From a virus, in the IMG/VR virus record IMGVR_UViG_3300042569_002607, positions 1-64,000 of that record: a stretch of 64,000 nucleotides of DNA; one strand, 5' to 3'. The notes under the pieces are model-generated. The model saw only the letters and a list, made by a program, of their open reading frames with translations, was not told where the DNA came from and made no database searches. Positions 57,017-64,000 of the stretch are shown here, in pieces. The stretch's first letter is position 1; each line of letters opens with the position of its first letter. The translations under genes were made by a program, and so were the position numbers.

Positions 57017-58353
57017 CGGTGCCTATTCGCCATCGTACCTGCGTGTTCCCCGGCTGCGGCCTCAGCTTCGATCCGCCGGCGGAGCCGTTGGAGCACGAAG
57101 GGCATCTGTTCTGTGGCCAGCATCGGATCGGGGGACAGATGTTCCTGAAGCGCGGCTGGTCGCTCGACCTGCTGGTGCACTGGCCACGTTGCCGGTGGTG
57201 TCGCACGGTGCTGCCGCAGAAGCGCTATGAGCACTACATCGACGACGGCTGGGAGCCGGGCGGCTACGTCTACTGCGACGCGCACGCCGTCATCGAAGGC
57301 CGTGACCCGGAACTCATTGCGCTGCGGGGGCTCGATGAAGCGTCCGCGATCGACGAGATCTCTGACGAGAAGCTCGTCCGGTTCCCCCAAGCCGCGTTAC
57401 ATCGACTCGCCGGCCCCATGGCGCCGGGGCGTCTGTGCTACGTCTGCGCGTTCAGCGGGGGCGGCAAGACCGTGTCCGTCACGAACTGGATCTGGCATTG
57501 GGTGAAGGTGGCGGGGCTTCGCGTGCACTACCTGCCGACGGAAGGCAGCATCGGCGAGGTGCTCACGCGCTTCGCGTGCTTTCTGGCGGGTGCCGACGCG
57601 GACGAGGCGCTGTCGTATCGCTACCGCGATGCGGAACGAGCCGGCGACGTGCGGGCGAAGATCATGCGCCAGGAGATTGCGCTGGCCCGGGAAGAGTTGC
57701 GCCGTGATCGCGAGTTCCTCACGAACCTACGCATCGATCCCATTGAGACGCTCACCCCGTCCAGCTTTCGCACCGCGATTGAAGCGACGCGCGTCATGGA
57801 GAGCGAGCTCCTCATTGTGGATCATGTGGACCACATGGAGTCTGATGCCGATGATCAGCACCCCGACATCGTCATCTCAAACCGCGTGCAAATGATGGCG
57901 CTGCGCGCGGCGAAATCGCTGAACATTCCGGTCCTCGCGTTGTCGCAACTCAACAGTCGGTATGCCGGGGCTGGGCAAGATCCGCTGGTGAAGTTCCGCC
58001 CGCCATCGCCTGACTGGATGTACAACAAGGGCAAGAAGGAAATGCTCGGGGCGCAGATCATCGGACTGCATCGCGTCCTCGATCCGCGGGCGGACCCGAG
58101 CGCGCTGCGCAAGGTCCGCAACCGCGAGCTCGATCCATGGCGCGTGAGCTTGCCCAACGTGATGGGGTGCTCGGACATGAAGTTTCGCTTCGGCCGTGGC
58201 ACCGCGCGCGGCACCGTGCTGCTGCAGTACGCCGAAGGTCGCCTCAGCGACATGCCGCAGGACTTGTTCGACCTCGCTGACGACGCGGCCACACCGCCAC
58301 CAACCGCGCCGACTCCCGCCGCTCCCGACCCTCTCGCTTGGATTCACGATTGA
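57013..58353 (+). CDS. DnaB-like (SF4) replicative helicase with Cys/His-rich N-terminus
   Basis: Walker A AFSGGGKT, Walker B IVDHVD, LALSQLN, K.RFG. Confidence 0.75.
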   Translation: MTVPIRHRTCVFPGCGLSFDPPAEPLEHEGHLFCGQHRIGGQMFLKRGWSLDLLVHWPRCRWCRTVLPQKRYEHYIDDGWEPGGYVYCDAHAVIEGRDPELIALRGLDEASAIDEISDEKLVRFPQAALHRLAGPMAPGRLCYVCAFSGGGKTVSVTNWIWHWVKVAGLRVHYLPTEGSIGEVLTRFACFLAGADADEALSYRYRDAERAGDVRAKIMRQEIALAREELRRDREFLTNLRIDPIETLTPSSFRTAIEATRVMESELLIVDHVDHMESDADDQHPDIVISNRVQMMALRAAKSLNIPVLALSQLNSRYAGAGQDPLVKFRPPSPDWMYNKGKKEMLGAQIIGLHRVLDPRADPSALRKVRNRELDPWRVSLPNVMGCSDMKFRFGRGTARGTVLLQYAEGRLSDMPQDLFDLADDAATPPPTAPTPAAPDPLAWIHD

Positions 58354-58371
58354 ACCGGCACGACTGCACCC

Positions 58372-59334
58372 ATGCCTAACCTCTGCATCATCCCCGCGCG
58401 CGCACTCGCCGACGACCGCGTCACTCCGACCCAACTCCGCGTTCTCCTGGCGGTAGGCACCTTCACGTCCCGCGACGGCGGCGGCGTGTGGGCGAGCAAC
58501 GCCACCATTGCGGACGTGGCCGGCCTTCATGTGCGACACATGCGAGACGCCCTCAAGGCGCTCGTCAGCTTTGGCTATGTCCGCAAAATTGCTCGCCCAG
58601 GACGCACCGCCATTATGGCCATCGTCCTCGATGACCCCCTCGAACCACCCTGCACAGAATCCGTGCAGACCCGAAAAGTGAAGCCTTCGGCACCCTGCAC
58701 AGAATCCGTGCAGACCACCTCGCACGAGATCGGTGCACCCGGGTGCACGAAATCGGTGCACCAAACGACCTCCTTAGCGGCCCCAGTGAACGAGATCCTT
58801 TCAGCTGACGCTGAAAGGCCATCAGTCGGCGTAGACCCCGCAATGGTGTTTGACCTCGCCGAGGATGACGAACTGGTGGCCCCACCGATCGACAAGCGAG
58901 CCGTAGAAGCGCCGCCCAGACGCCGCGCACCAGCGAAGCCGAAACCGCCCGCGCAGTTCCCGCACTTCACGCCGGAGCTTCGTGGACAGCTTCTCACGAT
59001 TTGGGAAGAGGGCGTGCGTCCATTGGCCAACGGGGAGCACGGGCGACTGTTCGCGACGTTCGGCCCCTTCTTCCGGATGCCGGAAGCTGAGCGCCCCCCA
59101 GAGCATCCGCGCGACGCCGAGGTCATGGCAGCGCTCATGGAAATTCTTTCTGCTCGGGCCGATGGCTTAGGGGGCGACAAATACGGGTCCCCAACGTTCG
59201 CCGCTGAGAAGATCCGGCCAGTAGTCCACATCCTCCGAGAATGCACGTACGACCCTGCTGCTCGTCTCGAACGTGTTGATCGCGCGCTTGGGCTACGCCG
59301 TCACCCGTCAGCTGGTGGACCTTCGTTTCGCTAG
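58372..59334 (+). CDS. replication initiator (N-terminal wHTH)
   Basis: IIPARALADDRVTPTQLRVL...WASNATIA...LKALVSFGYV; internal iterons. Confidence 0.75.
   Translation: MPNLCIIPARALADDRVTPTQLRVLLAVGTFTSRDGGGVWASNATIADVAGLHVRHMRDALKALVSFGYVRKIARPGRTAIMAIVLDDPLEPPCTESVQTRKVKPSAPCTESVQTTSHEIGAPGCTKSVHQTTSLAAPVNEILSADAERPSVGVDPAMVFDLAEDDELVAPPIDKRAVEAPPRRRAPAKPKPPAQFPHFTPELRGQLLTIWEEGVRPLANGEHGRLFATFGPFFRMPEAERPPEHPRDAEVMAALMEILSARADGLGGDKYGSPTFAAEKIRPVVHILRECTYDPAARLERVDRALGLRRHPSAGGPSFR
58646..58762. repeat. iterons / probable origin of replication
   Basis: CACCCTGCACAGAATCCGTGCAGACC x2 (58646, 58691) plus two GCAC-N7-GTGCA variants. Confidence 0.75.
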
Positions 59335-59469
59335 ACCTGTCATTGCGGGTTTGGCACGCTCTACACGTCCCACCTCACACCACTCCGAGATCCCGATGAC
59401 GACGTTTCACGAGTTTCTGCAAACCACAGCGCCCACGACACGCGATACGCGCTACGTGGAGGTCCTGGC

Positions 59470-59724
59470 ATGAAAAACAAACTGACCGATCTGAACGACC
59501 TCCTCTTTGCGCAGCTCGAACGGCTGGCCAGTGACGACCTTGACGCGGAGCAGATCACGCAAGAAGTGCAGCGGGCGACGTCCATGGTGCAGATTGCCGA
59601 CCGCATCGTGGATACCGCCCGGCTGCAACTCGACGGTGCCAAGTTCGTGGCCGATCATGGCGGGAAGTTGGCGCAGCTGCCGGCCACGATGGCGATCCCC
59701 GCGACGACCGGGCCCAAGGCATGA
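59470..59724 (+). CDS. conserved phage protein
   Basis: MKNKLTDLNDLLFAQLERL family, usually found upstream of HNH genes. Confidence 0.75.
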   Translation: MKNKLTDLNDLLFAQLERLASDDLDAEQITQEVQRATSMVQIADRIVDTARLQLDGAKFVADHGGKLAQLPATMAIPATTGPKA

Positions 59725-60557
59725 AGGGCCGACACATCGCGTACCGCGCGGACGAGCTCGCGTTCATCCAAGCGCGGCAGGCAGAGTCCCGTCAGGCGAT
59801 TCATGAGGCCTTCGTGATCGCGTTCGGTCGGACCGATGTGGCCGTGACGCACATCAAAGCGCTCTGCACTCGCATGGGGTGGACGTCTCGCGCGCCGTAC
59901 ACGCCGGACGAGGATGCCATCATTCGCGCGAGGTATGCCGACTCCCCTACCGAGGCGGTGGCGCGGGCCATCGGGCGAACCACGCGGTCGGTGTACCACC
60001 GGGCGCGGCAGCTTCACCTGACGAAGTCGGCCGCGTTTCTGGCCAGTGCGCAATCCGGTCGCCTCACGCCAGGCGATTCCCGTGGCGCGAGCACCCGTTA
60101 CGCCAAGGGGCAGACACCGGCCAACAAGGGCGCGAAGCGTCCCGCCGGATGGGCACCTGGACGGATGCGGGAAACCCAGTTCTCCGCGGACGCGCAAAGC
60201 TGGAATACCCAACCCGTCGGCGCCGAGCGCATTATCGGCGGCTACCGCTGGACGAAGGTCCGCGACGAACGCCGCGTGCGGTGGGATCAGAACTGGCGGC
60301 AGACGCATATCCTCTCGTGGGAATCTGTCCACGGACCGATCCCAAGCGGCTGGTGCCTGAAGTGCCTTGACAGTAATCGCCTCAACTGCGATCCGAGCAA
60401 CTGGCATCTGATCGAGCGCGGCGTCCTCCCGCTCATCAACGGCGGCAAGGGCTCCCGACTCAGCTACGATCACGCGCCCGAGGATCTCAAGCCGACCGTC
60501 CTCGCCGTCGCCAAACTCCGCCGTGCGGCGAAGCAGCGACGCGGGCAACCGGCATGA
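59721..60557 (+). CDS. HNH endonuclease
   Basis: KGQTPANKG...PVGAER...WESVHGPIPSG...LDSNRLNC..SN. Confidence 0.75.
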   Translation: MKGRHIAYRADELAFIQARQAESRQAIHEAFVIAFGRTDVAVTHIKALCTRMGWTSRAPYTPDEDAIIRARYADSPTEAVARAIGRTTRSVYHRARQLHLTKSAAFLASAQSGRLTPGDSRGASTRYAKGQTPANKGAKRPAGWAPGRMRETQFSADAQSWNTQPVGAERIIGGYRWTKVRDERRVRWDQNWRQTHILSWESVHGPIPSGWCLKCLDSNRLNCDPSNWHLIERGVLPLINGGKGSRLSYDHAPEDLKPTVLAVAKLRRAAKQRRGQPA

Positions 60558-60838
60558 CGATGACGGATGGTCAGATTCAACTCGCCACCCTCGTGCTGGT
60601 GCATGGCGGGGTGTACACGATCGAGTTGCAGGGCGGCGCGCAGTATCACGGCGTGCGGTGGGACCGCCCGCTGCTGTCGTTCATGCTGAATGCCAGAGGC
60701 GGCGTCCCGCTGCGATTCACCGAGCGGGTGCGACGGACCGACGACGACGCGCTCTGGTTCGACTACGCGCAACTCCGGATGGCGGCGGTGCCCGTGCCGG
60801 CGTCACCTGACGCCGCCGCCCTCGTCCGGCGAGGCTGA
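60554..60838 (+). CDS. hypothetical protein
   Basis: ATGA overlap. Confidence 0.5.
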   Translation: MTMTDGQIQLATLVLVHGGVYTIELQGGAQYHGVRWDRPLLSFMLNARGGVPLRFTERVRRTDDDALWFDYAQLRMAAVPVPASPDAAALVRRG

Positions 60839-60839
60839 G

Positions 60840-61121
60840 GTGCAGTACCGTCTGTGCTCGTCCCGCCGCGTCCAGCCGTTGCCGGTGGATGCGCCCGCGT
60901 GGAGCTTGGCGGAGCGCATGTTCGCCGGTTCGTGGGCGTGCGAGTTCCGATCGATCGAAGAGGCGAGCGTGGCCGAGGTGCTCTGGCAGGCCGGTCTCGT
61001 GGTGCGGCTTGAGCACTTGCCGGGACCGCGGCGGGTGCGGTACACCCTGTCCCAGGCCGGCGCGGCCGCAGTCCGCGATCGCGTGTACGGCCCCGTACTC
61101 CCCGTGCAGAATCTGCGCTGA
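60840..61121 (+). CDS. hypothetical protein
   Basis: Co-oriented; ends just before a motif copy. Confidence 0.4.
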   Translation: MQYRLCSSRRVQPLPVDAPAWSLAERMFAGSWACEFRSIEEASVAEVLWQAGLVVRLEHLPGPRRVRYTLSQAGAAAVRDRVYGPVLPVQNLR

Positions 61122-61232
61122 TACCTCTTGCGGGTTTGGCACGGCAGACACATTATTGCGCAGGACGCTCCACCGCGCGGGACATGCCACCACCGTGATC
61201 CGCGTCGACCCTTCTCCCGAGTCGCAATGCCT

Positions 61233-61487
61233 ATGACCTCCGAGCGTGCCAAACCCGCATTCTCACACCGCGCCGACGGTGTGCTCTCCGACGAGAGCGC
61301 GGCGGTGACCTTAGCCGAGTTTGAGCGCTGGCGCTCCCTCGCGGGCGTTGGCGCGCCCGTCCAGTTTCCGCAGGCGCTTGGGGTCGCACTCCTCGATCTC
61401 GCGATTGCCGAGCTCCGCGCGTATCGCGCTCAGGCGGCGCTGTCCGCCATCGTGCGCGGCGAAGCGCGACCGACCACGGTGCCATAG
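61233..61487 (+). CDS. hypothetical protein
   Basis: Downstream of the motif promoter. Confidence 0.4.
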   Translation: MTSERAKPAFSHRADGVLSDESAAVTLAEFERWRSLAGVGAPVQFPQALGVALLDLAIAELRAYRAQAALSAIVRGEARPTTVP

Positions 61488-61608
61488 CACGTGGGCGACA
61501 GTCTCCGGCTCGTCAGTGCGAGTGTCGACGCGCTGCTGGCGGCGGCGACGATCAATCGTGCCCTCGAGCGCGTGCAACAGGCGTCGCGGTTGTTTGGGGG
61601 CCGTCCCC

Positions 61609-61949
61609 ATGCGTGATCGCCTTCCCGTGCTCCTCCTCGCGCCGTGGTGGCCATATGCCGTCGCGGTCGCGTGCCTGATCATCGCCGTGATCGTGTCGTC
61701 GCGCCATCGCGAAACCGCGCGTCGCGAACTACAGCGGTTCACCGCGCGCATTCCTCGGAAGGGCGCATGGCGCGTATGACCCGAGGCGACACGGCCGCGC
61801 GCTTAGCGGCCGCGGACGAGGCCGCGCGCGAGGAACGGTTCGATCGCTTTATGGTGCGATTCCTCGCCGTGTGTGTTTCAGGGTTCGTACTGCTGGCTCT
61901 GTTGCTGGTGGTGCGCGCCGTGATCTTGGCGTGGAGTGTGGCGCCATGA
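61609..61949 (+). CDS. two small TM ORFs (61609-61779, 61776-61949)
   Basis: Single TM each; ATGA coupling. Confidence 0.45.
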
Positions 61950-62479
61950 GTCGCGTCCCGCCCATCGACGCGTTGGCCACTCGCGTCGTTCCGGTCATCC
62001 TTGGTAGCCCCGGGCTGCCGACGTGCGCGTACCGCGCGCGCGTGCCTGGTGCCTCGGAGCGTTCCCTGTACCGCGCGCTCGCCCGGTTGCGCGATCGCGG
62101 CGTCGTGCGAAGCGAACGAGCGCTGACGCGCAGAAGCGATGCCGTGCGGTGGTATCCGACGCCGCTCGCGCTGACCTACACCAGCGAGATTGTGGGGGAG
62201 GCGTCTCGCTTACGCGCAAGCATGATGGAGCTGATGGCGGACGGTGTCTGTCGCGCGCTGCGCGAGACGGCGGACGCCCTCCGCGTGCCGGTTCCCCGCG
62301 CCTATCGCGCGCTGTACGATCTGAGTCGCACGGGGGCGGTGGTGCGGGTCGGCGAAGGCCGAGGCTCACGGTGGGTTGCCACCGATGTGGACGAGCCGTT
62401 TGTGCCGCAGCCGTACATGACAAGTCTTCGCGCCCAGGTGCTTCGGTTGCCGCCGGCGTCGAACGGACGGCGGGCATGA
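61946..62479 (+). CDS. tandem winged-helix protein
   Basis: SERSLYRALARLRDRGVV and RAYRALYDLSRTGAVVRVGEGRGSRW. Confidence 0.55.
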   Translation: MSRVPPIDALATRVVPVILGSPGLPTCAYRARVPGASERSLYRALARLRDRGVVRSERALTRRSDAVRWYPTPLALTYTSEIVGEASRLRASMMELMADGVCRALRETADALRVPVPRAYRALYDLSRTGAVVRVGEGRGSRWVATDVDEPFVPQPYMTSLRAQVLRLPPASNGRRA

Positions 62480-63006
62480 AGGCGACGTGTCCAGGTTGCC
62501 ACGGTGCGGTGCGTACCGCGCGTGACGCCACTGGCGCCCCTGAGATGCGCTACTGCGTGACGTGCGGAGATCGCAGCTACGTCAATGCTGATGGGAAGTG
62601 GTCGCCGTATGCCAGCGATACGCTCTGGCGTCAGCGGTTCCTCACGCGGCGGTATGTGGATGCGTGGATCAAGGGCGATGCGGAGCGGAGCGGACGCTCC
62701 GTGAAATCTTCACGTGCAGCGGTCATGGCCGCACTCGCCCCGTTGTTCGCCGACCATCGCGTGCCCCACTGGCACACGTGGAGCGCCACAGCGTGCGACA
62801 CGATCACGCGCGTGGCCATAGTGCGCGTCACTCAGGTGGCTGACGCGATCGTGTCTGGCCCCGAGCGCTTTGGGTTGCATGTGGCGCGCGCGAAGCAGAG
62901 CCGGTGGCCGCGCGCCATGATGGCGTGGTTGCTCTTCCGAGATCGTGCCCGGGTCGCCCTTGCGCGGTGGACGACGCGCACACGCCTCACCGACGGCGTT
63001 GACTGA
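62476..63006 (+). CDS. Zn-finger phage protein (DUF3268-like)
   Basis: CPGC...CVTC N-terminus. Confidence 0.45.
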   Translation: MKATCPGCHGAVRTARDATGAPEMRYCVTCGDRSYVNADGKWSPYASDTLWRQRFLTRRYVDAWIKGDAERSGRSVKSSRAAVMAALAPLFADHRVPHWHTWSATACDTITRVAIVRVTQVADAIVSGPERFGLHVARAKQSRWPRAMMAWLLFRDRARVALARWTTRTRLTDGVD

Positions 63007-63404
63007 TGCCGCGCGATACGCGTCCCCTGCGTCCGATCGTGCGCACGCAGCTTGAGCGCCTGCTCGCCGTCAGTCCCGACGGCCGCACGATCACGGAGTT
63101 GCGCGCCTTCCTCGTGACGCAGCGTCCGGCGTCACGCGACACGATCGCTCGCGTGCTGGCGGATCTCGTCGCCGAGGCCTTGGTGCACCCCACCAGCGAA
63201 CCCGCGTGGCGGCGTCGCGTCCGCACGCGCCTCACCGCGCCCGCGCGCCGATCCCTCCGGGGCCGTGCGCATGTGCTGTACGTCCCCACCCGTGCGCTGC
63301 ACGACCGTGTGCGCTCGTGGTTTTTGCTCGAGGCGCCGACTGACGCCTCAGCGGTTTCTCACCCTGCACACTCTGAGGTCGTAGTCGATGGCGAACACGT
63401 TTGA
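63006..63404 (+). CDS. hypothetical wHTH-like protein
   Basis: TGATG coupling. Confidence 0.45.
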   Translation: MPRDTRPLRPIVRTQLERLLAVSPDGRTITELRAFLVTQRPASRDTIARVLADLVAEALVHPTSEPAWRRRVRTRLTAPARRSLRGRAHVLYVPTRALHDRVRSWFLLEAPTDASAVSHPAHSEVVVDGEHV

Positions 63405-64000
63405 CTTCACGCCGTTTGATCGGCAGCTGCTGAAACTCGCGGCCGAGTCGGCGTCGGCGGTGGCGAAGACGGCGAAGAAGGCGGCGCAAAAGGCGTATCT
63501 CACCGCCGCCGAATCCGAAGCGCATGAGATGGAAGGGTACGCGGACGAGGCGATCCGCTTTCTGAACAATCCCGACGGCATCGTGGAAGAGAGTGCGACC
63601 GACGACGCCACCGAGGAGGAGCGCAAGGAGGCCGTGCAACTGATGTTCGGCCATCGCGCGGCTCTCCGCGTCGGTTGTCTCATCCTGATCAAGGATGCCG
63701 AAGGGTTGATCGAAAAGCAGACCGAGATCTTTGCCGACTCCGACGGGACGCACGAACGCGTGAAGGATTTCCGTCGGCTCGAGTCTCGGCTGCGTGGCAT
63801 GAACAGCGATCAGACCGAGCTGCCGCTCCCAATCAAGGATCCCGACGCCGCCCCGTCCGAGGCCGCTGCCGACGAGGACGCGGAGATCACCGACGGTCCG
63901 CTCGGCCCGTTCGATGCGCCGCCCGTTGCCGCGCCGCTGGCCCTTGGCTCTGGGACCGCGGATCCCATCGACATCCCCGATGCCGAATTCGAAATCCTCG
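63388..64000 (+). CDS. acidic hypothetical protein, 3'-truncated
   Basis: GAGG RBS; MANTFDFTPFDRQLL... frame open to the window end. Confidence 0.6.
   Translation, partial: MANTFDFTPFDRQLLKLAAESASAVAKTAKKAAQKAYLTAAESEAHEMEGYADEAIRFLNNPDGIVEESATDDATEEERKEAVQLMFGHRAALRVGCLILIKDAEGLIEKQTEIFADSDGTHERVKDFRRLESRLRGMNSDQTELPLPIKDPDAAPSEAAADEDAEITDGPLGPFDAPPVAAPLALGSGTADPIDIPDAEFEIL

Larger units (their letters stand above)
2975..61261. promoter_or_regulatory. dispersed 17-bp motif (C/A)TTGCG-N4-TGGCACG, 10 copies
   Basis: + strand: 2975, 6012, 24325, 55595, 56638, 59342, 61127; - strand: 35054, 39142, 61245. Confidence 0.8.

Noticed and set aside
2975-61261. Motif as a canonical sigma54 promoter or CRISPR repeat
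   Set aside because: TTGC lies upstream of TGGCACG rather than 4 nt downstream; copies are dispersed over kilobases with no spacer periodicity and no cas genes

Overview
The whole window is a high-GC temperate siphovirus-type phage genome with no host housekeeping genes. It is close to a complete circular permutation. In order it carries: end of the middle genes; terminase; DUF4055 portal, minor head, scaffold and P22-like capsid; neck and tail (tandem-duplicated tail tube, 1808-aa tape measure, tail tip, Dit); a lysis cassette with an embedded ECF sigma factor; a separate fibre/receptor-binding module; an early accessory region (DUF932, ParB-N/methyltransferase-like/DUF5131 operon, Aca-like HTH units, RadC/JAB, toxin plus XRE-ImmA pair); the immunity switch; Sak4-like ATPase/SSB/exonuclease; a tyrosine integrase followed by an attP-like site (3' half of a probable tRNA-Thr); and a DnaB-like helicase, an initiator with iterons and further middle genes. 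The most notable observations are (1) a dispersed 17-bp element (C/A)TTGCG-N4-TGGCACG seen 10 times, six of them within 8 nt of a stop codon and three inverted at or near gene starts or promoters; (2) a ParB-N + Rossmann methyltransferase-like + three-Cys DUF5131 operon that may modify DNA; (3) a phage ECF sigma translationally coupled to lysis genes; (4) a fibre domain apparently split by an inserted three-gene cassette; and (5) candidate anti-defence units with palindromic operators. All functional calls come from motif recognition by eye; no database searches were run.
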